In this document: positions 35,329-46,700 of the stretch, in pieces | Layout of the letters: every line of letters begins with the position of its first letter | Numbering within the stretch: position 1 is the stretch's first letter | Assembly: GCA_977018835.1 (NCBI GenBank) | Contig: OZ361259.1 | Coordinates: forward strand, 3,286,001 to 3,350,000 | Source: Minutocellus sp. GHC0000111 | Lineage: Eukaryota | Length of the DNA: 64,000 nucleotides | Reading direction: 5' to 3' | Translations under genes and position numbers: made by a program | Notes under the pieces: model-generated | What the model saw: the letters and a program-made list of their open reading frames with translations, nothing else | Database searches by the model: none | What the model was told of the DNA's origin: nothing

Positions 35329-36372
35329 ATGCCGTGCACGAAAGACCTTGACATCGATACCAAAAGTCCCGTATGCGTTACCGGAGCCACAGGATATGTT
35401 GCAGGTGTGCTCATCTCGCGCCTCCTTGACCGTGGCCTCGCCGTTCACGCCACCGTTCGTGACCCGTCGAAGAAAGATCGGATTCAATACCTCCAAGAAA
35501 AGGCCGATGAGTCCAAAGGCACGATCAAGTTCTTCGCCGGTGATTTGCTCAAGGAGGGTAGCTTTGACGAGGCAGCCAAGGGGTGCTCGGTCATCTTCCA
35601 CACTGCGTCGCCATTCGTCATTAGCGTGAAGGACGTCGACGAGGATCTGCTCAAGCCGGCAGTCAAGGGCACCGAGAACGTGCTCACGACGGCGAGCAAA
35701 ACGCCAACGGTGAAGAGAGTTGTTTTAACTTCGTCCTGTGCCGCAATCTACAACCACGCGTGTGATCTCGACGAGATACCTGAGGGTGTCTGGACCGAGG
35801 AGGTATGGAATCGCAACTCGAGCCGGACCGATAATCCTTACAGTCTATCAAAGACCATGGCCGAGCAGAAGGCCTGGGTCATGGCCGGCAGCCAATGCCA
35901 GTGGAAGCTGGTGGTCATCAACCCTTCGTTTGTGATGGGCCCTGGTCTCAAGTACCATCCGTCGTCGGAATCGTTCCAGTTTGCCAAGCAGCTGGTCGGC
36001 AGTGGCAGCACGGGAGTACCGGCCTTTCCCTTTGGCGTCGTGGATGTACGAGACGTTGCCGATGCTCACATTGCCGCGGCGTTAATCCCCGAGGCTGCCG
36101 GTCGGCACTTTACCAGTGGAAGCAACACCAATATGGTGGAGATGGCCAAGGGGTTGATTCCTGGTATGAAGGAGGCACCCGTTCCCAAGCTGCTGCTTTG
36201 GACGTTGGCACCGTACATTGGACGTACTCGTAATTTCGTGTCCAAGAATATGGGATGCAAGATGAACTTCGACAATAGCAAAGCCAAGAACGAGCTGGGA
36301 ATTGACTTTTATCCATTGGAGAAGACGATGCGTGATATGTACAAGCAGCTTGAGGAGAGCAAGGCGATTTGA
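35329..36372 (+). CDS. NAD-dependent epimerase/dehydratase (DFR/CCR-like extended SDR)
   Basis: VTGATGYVA, FHTASP, PAVKGT.NV, LTSSCAA, YSLSK catalytic motif. Confidence 0.92.
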   Translation: MPCTKDLDIDTKSPVCVTGATGYVAGVLISRLLDRGLAVHATVRDPSKKDRIQYLQEKADESKGTIKFFAGDLLKEGSFDEAAKGCSVIFHTASPFVISVKDVDEDLLKPAVKGTENVLTTASKTPTVKRVVLTSSCAAIYNHACDLDEIPEGVWTEEVWNRNSSRTDNPYSLSKTMAEQKAWVMAGSQCQWKLVVINPSFVMGPGLKYHPSSESFQFAKQLVGSGSTGVPAFPFGVVDVRDVADAHIAAALIPEAAGRHFTSGSNTNMVEMAKGLIPGMKEAPVPKLLLWTLAPYIGRTRNFVSKNMGCKMNFDNSKAKNELGIDFYPLEKTMRDMYKQLEESKAI

Positions 36373-36663
36373 ATTGATGCGTTTGTGTAATACTGCCGAT
36401 TCAAACAAATATTCGGTAGAACATGACTTAGAATTTTTATAGGTACAAATAATGCATGCAACGCCATTGCCGCATCTAACGCAGCTGTCCATATATACTG
36501 CTATGCTAAGCGCTGCGAAATCTTACGGTCCCTTCGTCGTTGTATTTGGAAGGGCCTCGCCATCGAGTTGCTCCAAGATAAATATGAAGGAGACTGACTC
36601 AGGTCTCTTGCAACATTCTTTATTATTGAGCTGCCGCAAAATACAACGCAAACAACAGCTTTC

Positions 36664-37694
36664 TCATGGAATGCCCGCGCTGCCCTTATCAACATTCTTT
36701 CTTTCACCAGTCTGTCCCTCAAGCTCTTCCAGGATATGAAGGATGCTAACTCCCTTCTCCTGTTGCCTCTTCTTGTTGAAACCGGAATAGTCAACACGAA
36801 CGCTATATTTGAGAGAATCGATGACAATCTTGGTACGGCCTTCAATAAAGCGTGTTACAGGAGAAACTTCCATGAAGAATTTTCCAAGGCACTGTTGAAT
36901 TGCGGAACCAAGCACGGACGATCGGATCATACAAGGCTTCCACGAATGATGTTTGATTTGAGCAAAAACATAATCATCGCCCCTCTCATAGGCGTTGGAA
37001 ATAGCCTGCTTGGTGAAAAAAATTCCATAGCATCCGGCTGCATAACTTGGCAAATGCGGTTGCAAGTTTGTTCGTTGATAGACATCTGAACTTCAACAGT
37101 AAATGCCTCGGATCTGTAGCTAGTTGCGCTTAGAATTTCGTTCGTTTCGCCCAGCACGTACTTAGCGCCACCTACATTTGGAATGTTCCTGAATAGTACG
37201 CGTCCATTTCCGTTGATGACTGAGCCTTCGACGTCAAGCTTCAGATGTCTGTCACCGGAATGTAGCGATGATATGATGGGACTGTCTCCGGCTTTGATGT
37301 CGACCCAAAACAGGATATCCCTGGCGTGCCGTCTTGGCGGCGGAATGGGCTCACAGGGTTGGGCATTCGCGCCAGTAGGCCGGCGTAGAATGTACCAGGC
37401 TCGGTGCCCACCTGCTTTACTAAGGAATTGAACGTTGAGATGCTTGGAATTTGGCCACGTGCGCAGGCAGAGGGCCTCCCAAACCTCATCGGTACAGATC
37501 GTGGTCCGAGCGCTCTTGCAGGTCTGCTCGAGTATCCCCAAATTCTTGGCATCCAACCAATCGTTCTCCGTCATAACCTTGACGATGGACTGCAGTGAAT
37601 CAATGCCCACCAGAGCCCTGTTCGTTTTGCGCTTCTTCTTGGCGCCTGGAGGTGCCGGTGGCGGGCCGTACGAGCGGCGCCTCGTTTTCACCAT
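36664..37694 (-). CDS. F-box-like protein; probable frameshift at the A-run ~37016-37022; 3' end uncertain
   Basis: WLDAKNLGILEQTCKS.....DEVWEALC...WP resembles an F-box C-terminal half. Basic NLS KKKRK. Confidence 0.55.
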
Positions 37695-38095
37695 GGTCAA
37701 CCGTGAAAATGGCAGCATTAGCAAGCAGTCCGGTTCAGAATGAGGGGGCTGGTTGCAGGCTTCAGAAAAATGGGGAATTATTCTGATTTCCCCCTGAAAC
37801 ACCTCACGCACGGTATCAGCCAACTTCACAACTTCGCTCTCTGGTCGAGAGGCGCAGAGCGAGCGTTCCAGCGTTCCTCGGGAGGCAGAGCAGCTTCCTC
37901 TCTTGTCTTGCAACACGCCACCTCTGAGACCTTTCTTCTTTTAGGTTGCTCCCCGTTAGGCGCTTTCGGTAGAGCTGATAGGACGAAATATTGTGGCAAT
38001 CGCAAGGCGCATCTGATTGTTCCTCGGCTCCCTCGGCTCGCTATTTGAATTTGGACATTTTTTCCATTACTTATTATACAACACTACCAGCAAAG

Positions 38096-40639
38096 ATGAA
38101 CACTTCCTTGATCATCCGCTTAATTCTCCCGCTTGGCCTCTCGGCCATCCTCATCGTCACAACTCTGTACGCCTTCCGGCATGTCTTCCTCGTCACCGAC
38201 ACGTACCTGTCCACGCACGGCGATTGGGATTACTTATGGGACGACGCCAAGAACTTTTACAACAATGCACACATGAAACGACCGGCGTTCACCATCGCCA
38301 ACATTCGATGGGCGTGGAGTGCCGATGGGCAGATACTGGGCGTGTGGGAGCCCGTCAGCCTAATGGTCAAGATGATCCTTCATGATGTGCTGGACTTTTC
38401 CGCTGCACGGGTGGAAGGTGGTGGCGGTGGAGATGGAGATGGGGCAATAATGATAACAGCGACATCAGGACCGAGACTGTATCGGATGCTGTCGGCATGC
38501 TGGCACACATTCAATGTGGTGCTGGCGTTTTGGGTTGGTCTTATGTTTGTTCGGTCGGTGAATGATTACGACTACATTGCCCAACAACTGAATCAAGTGA
38601 AGGAAGAGGGCAAAATGAAAACGAACGGCGGGGGTCAATCGACCGGGAAGGGTAAGACGAATGACTCGCAATTGACCCAACGAGGGAAGAAGGACAATGG
38701 CAAAAGGGCTCAAAATGGACAACGTTCATCTAGTGCAATGGATTTCGGGGCGGCCAAGGGGGCACTGTTGTATCTTTATCGGCACGAAGCTACAATCACC
38801 ATGGGTCTGTTCCTTGGAACCTTGACCTTCTTTGCCGTCCATCCCCTTCAGGCTCAGACCATTGGTTGGATATCCTGTCTGTCCTACATTCTGAGTTGTA
38901 CCTTTGCTCTCATATCGTTCTGGGGTTATGTCGCTCATCGTGACATTATGCGAAAGTGGCGAAGACATCTTCGGTCCGGGGGACGACCTGGAGAAGTGCG
39001 TGGTCCTTACGTGTTTGGGAGCATTACGGATTCGCAAAGCATTGCGGGAAAGAAAAAACGATCTGCGGGTCGATCAGTGCCACAGATTCCGCTGGAGGAT
39101 CGAAGTGAGATTATGTACTGGACGCTCCTGAAGTTTATTTCACTCTTTTGTAATATATGTGCCACATTTTGCAAGAGTCCAGCGGTTACCCTCCCGTTGT
39201 TATTTATTTTTGTTGATGTTTTCATCTACAGCTATCCTCTTTCGTCAAGACCGATGCCTACACAGCCCGATGCAAATGGAAAAGGAAAGAAGATTGCGGG
39301 CGTTGGCGCGCTCGATAAGCAGAGCCGAGGCATGAGACTGTTGTTTCCAAATCGAGTTCTTGGCGATTTCAGAAAAGTTGCATTTCCAAAGCTGTGGAAT
39401 CTCACTTGTCGTGCGATCATATCATGGGTCCCGTTTCTCTTCACGTCATTCATCGTGACTGTGTTCGTGGTCAAAGGCAATACTAAGCATCTGCTTGACG
39501 TTCAAACGCCATTTGAAAAGGTGCAGAAATCGGCCTGGGCACTGTGCTGGTATGCAACGAAAATCATATGTCCCTCGCATCTGGTTGCGGCAGTCGAAAA
39601 GATGAGTTTCAGCTTTATTGATCACTGGGAAGTGGCTGTAGCTCTCATTGCAGTGCCCTATGCCACACTGACGATATTGGCGTATTCAACTTCGAATGCC
39701 TCTGGAAGAGTTGTGGCTTGTTCGTATGGGTGCTTTGTCGCCATTCTACTCCCAAGCATGGGCTTGATTCAGCATGGGCGGCTATTTCTCGCAGCGGATC
39801 GTTATGCGTACCTGCCCTTGTTGATTTTTGGTCCTCTTTTCGCAGCATTGTCCGGGTCTCTTTACTCGGCATTCAATTCATTTGGGTTGCTAACTGTCCT
39901 TGTTCTCGATGGCGCGATTCCATTGGAAATAGCGGTAGACTCGGGGACGCCTGTAAGGTGAGATCTGTCCGCAGTCGCCGAAGGGGCTTTATTTATCACG
40001 AATCCAAACGCTGCGGCGAGGCGAAGCGCTAAGGCGTGTCTAGTTCTGTCCTGTGTTAGTATGACAGGGACATCAGGTTGGTTTGCGAGCAACCTAACGC
40101 CCCAAACCCTCCTTCCCTGGAGAAATTCCATGCTTCTTTGGGCTAAAAATGCAGAGATTTTCCCTGACACCGAAAATGCGCACGTTAATTTATCTGCGGC
40201 GTATGTAAATGGCGGCAATCCATCCACAGAAGATCTCGAGAAAGGCCTCCATCATTCACAAAAGGCATTGGAGATGCGGCCAGATAGCGCCAAATACAAG
40301 GCAAACCTCGGGATCCTATACGCCAGGCTTGGAGAATATGATATTGGAATTCCCTTCTTGCAGAAATCGCTGCAAGAACATCCCTTGACTCGATGGTCTC
40401 CACTTATGCATAAGATCTTGGCACAGTGCTTGGATAGAACAGGGCAATTTGAGGATGCCAAGCATCATTATGACACGGCCATTCGACTCGGAGAGAAGTC
40501 CGCCGAAGCTGAGTTGCAAAGAATGATGGGAAGGATAAAGAAGTTAGATGCAGAGCGGGCGAAGAAATTAGACAAAGAAAAACCAATAGTTCAAGTGGTA
40601 GGGGGCAATGGGCAAACCATCAAGGTAAATGTCGGGTAA
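38096..40639 (+). CDS. TMTC-like GT-C membrane protein O-mannosyltransferase with C-terminal TPRs; in-frame TGA at 39959-39961
   Basis: FAVHPLQAQTIGWIS, K.PAVTLP, ADRYAYLP, WRNSMLLW, then TPRs (ANLGILYARLG). The frame is continuous across the TGA. Confidence 0.8.
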
Positions 40640-40649
40640 GATCAACAAT

Positions 40650-42070
40650 AGAAGCGAAGCGTTATCTTAGATATATCCCATGTATGTTATTCAGAGCTTG
40701 AGCGGTGGTTTGGATAGTCACTGATCTTGCAAGAATGCCTTTCCCAGCAGCAAAATATGTGACACGCGAAATTTTGATGTTCCGGACTGCAGGACAGGAT
40801 GTGCACATCGTAGGAGCATCAGCGAAGCTAAATCCAACACCACAAGCATAGGATCGCCTTACATGTAAATACGATGCATAAGAGGTTTTCAAAGCTTGAG
40901 CGGCGGTTTCTTTCTCTGCGCGCTTCTCGAGATCACCTATTATACTTCGAGGGGGCTGGCGGTTCAAAAAAACTCCAAAATCCGGGACTCTAAGGGACTA
41001 GAGGCATCAAAATCGCAAGAAGTGAGTGCAGACTTTAACATAGAACCACATCGTAACCTTAGACATGATCTAAAGGAGGTATCAAAGGCTTGGGCGAAGG
41101 TTTCCTCAACTACTTGGCCTCCAAGGATGACTATTATTGTTCCCGAAGGTCAACGAAGGCAAATCTTGAGATTTTTTGCGGGCTGGTAATATGTAAAACT
41201 CGAGGTTACGAGTGCAAACTCCAACATAGGAGCATATTGTTACCTTGTGTATGACCCCCGCAATATATTCAAAGCTTGGTCGAAGGTTTCGACTGCTACA
41301 GGGCCCTCATGGTTGCCTATGATGGTTCCCGGGGGGCTGATGATGCCGAAAACTGGGGTTTTGGCGAAGTGATGGCATATGAACCTCGATCTTATGGGTG
41401 CAAACTCCAACATAGAACCACAGCGCAAGTTTACGTAACACCCACAGAAGGTATTCAAAGCCTGGACAGAGGATTCGGCTGCTACTTGGCCTCCAAAGGT
41501 TACTGTTATTGTGATCGGAGGTCAATTAGAGAAAATTCTGGGAATCTGGGTGGGAGGACGGCACATAAATCTCGATCTTATGAGTGCAAGCTTAATAATA
41601 GAAGCATGGCGTTACCTTTGGTATGTCCCAAGGAAGGTACCCGAGGCTTGGGCGAAGTTTTCCACTACTGATCCGCTCTCAAGGACAACTAGGTCGTCAG
41701 CGCCAGATTTGGGAAGTTTTTGCGAGATAGTGATGCATAAAACTAGAAAAAATACATGTAAGTATAAAGTCAAGCATCGATGCACAGGGGTGCCTTAGGT
41801 ATGACCCAAATAGGAGGTATCTAAGGTTTGGGCGAACATTTTCACTGCTGATTGGCTCTCAAGAGAGACTACAACCACATGTTATCACCGCGTGGTAATG
41901 ACGCCCCTTGATTTTGAGATTCGGGGCAAATAAATGAAATTCGCTGTTGAAGTGTAATTAATTTCTAACACAGACTCACAGCGTTACCTGATGATCCCCC
42001 GGAAGCAATTAGTCAAGGCTTGGGGGTAGAGTTCCAGCACTTATCGCCCCCCAAGGGTGGCTATCACTCC
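40650..42070. repeat. Degenerate tandem array of about 8 units, period 180-198 bp
   Basis: The gcttg-like core of the conserved aggtattcaaagcttgggcgaaggtttc block recurs at 40696, 40894, 41088, 41274, 41460, 41646, 41826 and 42018. gagtgcaaactccaacatag recurs at about 41025, 41210, 41396 and 41582. Confidence 0.85.
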
Positions 42071-42169
42071 CGGCGGTCTTCGTGGCAAACATTTTGTATT
42101 TCTGGGAGAAGTGGGCACTAGAGAGACTACACGGCCTTGTCGTATGTGAATGTTGTAACAAACCGATTA

Positions 42170-44199
42170 TTAAAATAAATATACCACGATGGATAGAGCC
42201 ATCTTCATCATCACCAATAAATTCATTGGCACATTTCTATCAGATAGACTACTGGTCGTTTCTACCTCTTCCTCTTTCTCTTCTACTTTATCATCTTCCA
42301 ATTCAAGAAACGCATTCACTCTTGCAAGCAAGTCTGGATTTGTAGCAATCTCAACGACCATGTCTCCCATCGGCTGTTTTAGTGTGTCGATAAATTCTGG
42401 GCCGACAATGAGGGTAGGTATCGGTGTATTGATATTTATTAGAAGCACCTGGACTTCTTGCCCTGCTTTGATAGAGAAGGATGGGTTATCAATTGTTGTG
42501 CCGTTTAGAATCGCAGTAGTAAAGTTCGTTCCATCCACCTCCTCCAGGGCACCGTCGAGCATTTCCTCATTATAAAAACTGTGAAAATAATTGGGTGGAC
42601 TGCATGGGCTGCTGGTTGTAGTCCTCAAGCCAGAGAAATGAACCGGGGTCAACACCTTGGTTGAGCGGTGAGGACCAATGCATCAAGATCTGTTGGATGT
42701 TAAAAGCATTATCCCACTCGAAATTTGTGTTGGTTAGCACGATTTTCATGGGTTTTGATAGATCGGCCTCTGACGAAACGTGATAGGCTCCAACCGTCGT
42801 GGCAAGAGTGGTGGTATCGGTGGCGATCCCATCGAGGAAATGCAAATCAGTTTCACCACAAGGGTTCGGCCACTGGCTGCAAACCGAGAATCCAAAGACA
42901 AGTTCCGAATCATATAGCCGATCCGAGACCGGACCATCAAGAGCACTTAAAGCAGCCTTCTTTTTTTACAAGACTCAGGGTAGAATCATTCTCAATACGA
43001 TATCTGGCCAAGGACAACGATTGAGCAAACACCGATGGTGCGAGGCCGCTGAAGGACCCCAACAGAGCTGAGCTGGTGGCCGCAGCTTGCACAATAGATG
43101 TAGCACCAGATGTTGAAAAGGGCTCCTGAAAAGGCTCCGCCGGTAACAGCGGCCGACCAAATGCGTCAGTGCGAGGCGCGGTTGTCGACGCATCATCGAC
43201 AGGAGGAAAGAGATCAAACTCATCCCAATCCGAGAAGTCAAAGCCAGACGAATTGTCGGGAGCCATTGGGTTGGACACCAGCAACTCGGATCCGGCTGGA
43301 CCGATCCACCAACCCTTGATCGGCGTTGCATCATCCGATGTCACAACATACGATGCTGGTATGGGCGTTGTATAATACGATTCTGCTGTTGGGCCGACGT
43401 AAACATACGCATCGGCTGATCCCTCCTTCAATTCTCGTGCCGTCGGTGTCAGACCAGTCTGTGTAATCAAATCGACATTTTGCAGCGGCCCAATCCGACC
43501 CTGGGCATTGGCAGTTCTCGTAGCAAAGTCAGCATCACCAAAGGCCACCGACGTTTCGTACAGCATATCCTCAATGAAGGATGCCCAATCTCCACCGTAG
43601 GCAATCACCAGCTCGCATATGCTGATGAGGTTGCCATCGTCGACATCGGGCAGATCCTGACATATGGCCGTGACGTTGCTCCCCGCCAGACTGGCACTGG
43701 CACGTGCGGTTAGATTAGCGTACGAGTCCAACCATAGATCCACGAAATCACGCAAGTCTTCGGGAGATGATGTGACGGTGGCATCGTAGAATGGCTGGGA
43801 GTAGAAGAGTTGTGTCGAGTACCACGAGGCTGGGATTGTGGCATAAATGGAAGGTGAGATTGTAGCCGGCAAGATATGGAAGTGGGTGTGAGCAGAAGGG
43901 AAAGCTTTTGTATGCAAAAGCGAAGAGCCGACAGAGATACTGCCAAAAATGATCATGAATGAATACACCTCACCTCCCGACGTGGTCGATATCGCCGACA
44001 AGAGCGCAGGCTCAGCAGCACCTCCACCGGCGGCGCTGGGAGGGAACAGACCGGCTTGATGGAACAGATTGCCAAAGCCAAAACATGCGAACATGGATCG
44101 CCATCCACCTCCGGTGAATGTCCAGCGAATTACAGCATCGGATGCTGATGCAGCCATGTCTTCGGCGGCGCTTTGGGGCCTTGCCATTGACAATGCCAT
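42170..44199 (-). CDS. Patatin/cPLA2-lysophospholipase-like hydrolase; 144-nt intron 43830-43973; two homopolymer frameshifts (~42962, ~42575)
   Basis: TGGGWRS oxyanion motif; spliced TTSGASW nucleophile motif; FLDGIATD catalytic Asp; hydrophobic C-terminus. Confidence 0.7.
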
Positions 44200-44497
44200 G
44201 GTGGGCTTGCGCTGGTGGTGGTGGTAGCGGCATTATCTCCGGGTTTCCCGGTTCAAACCAGTCATGCTGCAATGCTCAGCACATCTCGTGCCGACAAGTC
44301 AAGCAACCAATCGACCCACCACTCAACCGCAGCCAAAGCAGACAGGTGTTGCTTCGTACCACCCGCTGCTATTTTCTTTACGGTACATTTGTTTTGTCGG
44401 CATCCGTTTCCGGCTCGAATTATAATATTCATTTGCGAATCTCACTCACGTATCTCACCGACCGTCGAGAATTTTTGGCCGTACCTGAGGAGCAATT

Positions 44498-45658
44498 ATG
44501 GCCTCGCCTGTTCCGGCTGCCGCTGGAACGATGGTGCTCAAGCCCGGTGTTATTAGCTCAAATCCCGACCCTGATTCATGCGTGATTTGCTCAAATAACC
44601 TCAAGCGATGGTCGGATGAGTATAGGGGCATGGGGACGCTTAATCTTTGCTGTGGCTCCGACGTTTGTGGCCACTGTAGAACAATGGGGAAGCATGTGAA
44701 GGATGGTGGCAGCTGCCACGTTTGCGGCATGTCGGGGCCGACGCTCCAACAGGCAAAGAGAAATGCCAAAAAAGGCATACCCTGGGCGCAGTTTCACCTA
44801 GGCAGATCTTTCACCACCGGAGACTTTACGATGCAATCCGACTACGAGGCCATCCGCTGGTATCGCAAGGCTGCGGCACAGGGCCACCCTTTTGCCAATT
44901 ACGCTTTGGCACGTTGCTACATGGAAGGGCTGGGTTGCGAGATCGACTTGCGCTTGTCCAAAGAAATGTGTAAGTTGTCTCTGGCCCAAGATCCTGTAGT
45001 AATGAAGAATTACTTCTACGACAGCATGATAATCTTGGCCGAGAAATATTATAACAACGGCGACCTCGATCAAAGAGACGACCTTCTTGAGACCCTTCTA
45101 CGTGGCTCACCCGATAACTTGCCAGCCGATACCCAGTATCGGCTTGGTGGTGCACTCCTCCTTGCCGAAAATTGGATTTCTGCCGAAGAGATATTTCTGT
45201 CCTCTGCAATGAATGGCCATGTTCTGTCGGCGTGGAACCTTCAAGTGTTCTTCTCGGAGGAGTCATTGTTCGCAAAACAAAAGGTTTGGATTGACCATGT
45301 CAAGAAGAACATCGTGCTCCTCCCAAAATCACAGTCCTACAATTTCAGGATGACGATCGAAAAAGCGAAGAAGAACTTTCGTGAATTGAGAGGGGCTTGT
45401 GCCTCTTGTGGTGTTTTGCTGGACAGATCAACGAGAAAGCTCTGCGGAGGATGTCACACATATTGTTACTGCAGTCGCCAATGTCAGAAGCAGCACTGGA
45501 ACAATCGTCACTGTGGCCATAAAACAGAGTGTATTGGAACCCAGAAGCTCATTGAGTCGGTGAAGAATATCCCACGATGTGATTCTGTTGAACAAGCTCC
45601 GTGTGACAACAACTACATTCATTTGTCGGAGCTACAACAGGCATCTACCGCCATTTAG
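44498..45658 (+). CDS. Sel1-repeat protein with an N-terminal Cys-rich finger and a C-terminal MYND zinc finger
   Basis: AQFHLG...EAIRWYRKAAAQGH..A.YALARCY..GLG; CASC...CGGC...YCSRQCQKQHW...HK.EC. Confidence 0.88.
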   Translation: MASPVPAAAGTMVLKPGVISSNPDPDSCVICSNNLKRWSDEYRGMGTLNLCCGSDVCGHCRTMGKHVKDGGSCHVCGMSGPTLQQAKRNAKKGIPWAQFHLGRSFTTGDFTMQSDYEAIRWYRKAAAQGHPFANYALARCYMEGLGCEIDLRLSKEMCKLSLAQDPVVMKNYFYDSMIILAEKYYNNGDLDQRDDLLETLLRGSPDNLPADTQYRLGGALLLAENWISAEEIFLSSAMNGHVLSAWNLQVFFSEESLFAKQKVWIDHVKKNIVLLPKSQSYNFRMTIEKAKKNFRELRGACASCGVLLDRSTRKLCGGCHTYCYCSRQCQKQHWNNRHCGHKTECIGTQKLIESVKNIPRCDSVEQAPCDNNYIHLSELQQASTAI

Positions 45659-45942
45659 GTGGTGGAAAGAGAAGGGCCGAATGCAGGGCGGCCCAGGCAC
45701 CCATTGGGGCCCTGAATCATGTCCCCAAATGTGATTCTGTTCGTCAGATTGTCTTTGATTGAGTTTCCAAAACGAGCAAGATAGAGAATATTCGGGTGCC
45801 ATTTGCTGGGCGGCTGTTCTTCGCTATGTTATTTTTTATCGTTGTATCTTTCGGTGAGGTAACAAGAAGGTGGCTATTGCCGTCGCATCGCCTGTGTGGT
45901 TGAATCTCCATTTTTGGCGTCGACCCAGCCAGCCAGAGCAAT

Positions 45943-46170
45943 TAGATCTACACGACGAAGATTTAGAGATTCTAGAAGTGCCGTTACGGCACCGGTACAA
46001 CACGTACTAGTAGATCTAGGAATTCCTAGATCTAGATTTACTCAGCGCCTTAGATCTAGATCTACATACATGTATGTAGACTCTATCTTTTGAAAGAATT
46101 GCAGATGATATATGTCTCATTTACATGTAGAGTATCTATGGTAGATCTACGTAGCTCCAGCTAGCACAGT
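45943..46170. repeat. Cluster of TA-rich palindromes built on TAGATCTA/TACATGTA
   Basis: Perfect palindromes tagatctaggaattcctagatcta (46011-46034), tctacatacatgtatgtaga (46061-46080) and gtagatctac (46141-46150). Confidence 0.85.
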
Positions 46171-46700
46171 ACAGTAAGCCTAGTAGAGTACCGCACGCTT
46201 GCACTTCACAATGTCATGCATGGGTGGGCGAGTGATGACCTCGATCGAGCGGCCGAGGCGCGAGGGCGGCGGCGCGGCGCAAGAGTTCAAAAATTCAAAA
46301 AATATCGCATGCCGCCAAGTCGGCAGGTCCTCGCCGATCGCAACTTCCAACCCGTCACTTTTTTGGACGTCGACGTTTGCTTTGACCATCGACGCGTTGG
46401 TGCCGATTGATTGCTGTTGCTGCCAAACTGCCAGCCTCTCGGCCCCATTGATTCTACTAGTATCGGTCTGTTCCATTGCCTAGCCTTCACTAAGATTTGC
46501 TGCGATAGGCTTTGCAGTTGTGGCTTCATTTCCGAGCACTTCTCGTGCCAGATTTTTGGCCTTGTGTATCTCACGAGGTGATCGATCGGCGCGAACCCAT
46601 TGATTGATTAAATTTGTTTGAGATACGCTTGTGACTGGTCGAAGACTACCGAGATAAACACACGCAGCGAAGGAGAACGTCATTTATTCACCGCCAAAAC

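Noticed and set aside
6207..39961. Alternative genetic code (stop reassignment) to explain the in-frame stops
   Set aside because: The three cases use three different codons, and TAA, TAG and TGA all terminate intact genes in this window.
40650..42070. CRISPR-like array interpretation of the periodic repeat
   Set aside because: Similarity extends across the whole unit, there are no identical short repeats with unique spacers, there are no cas genes, and the context is eukaryotic.
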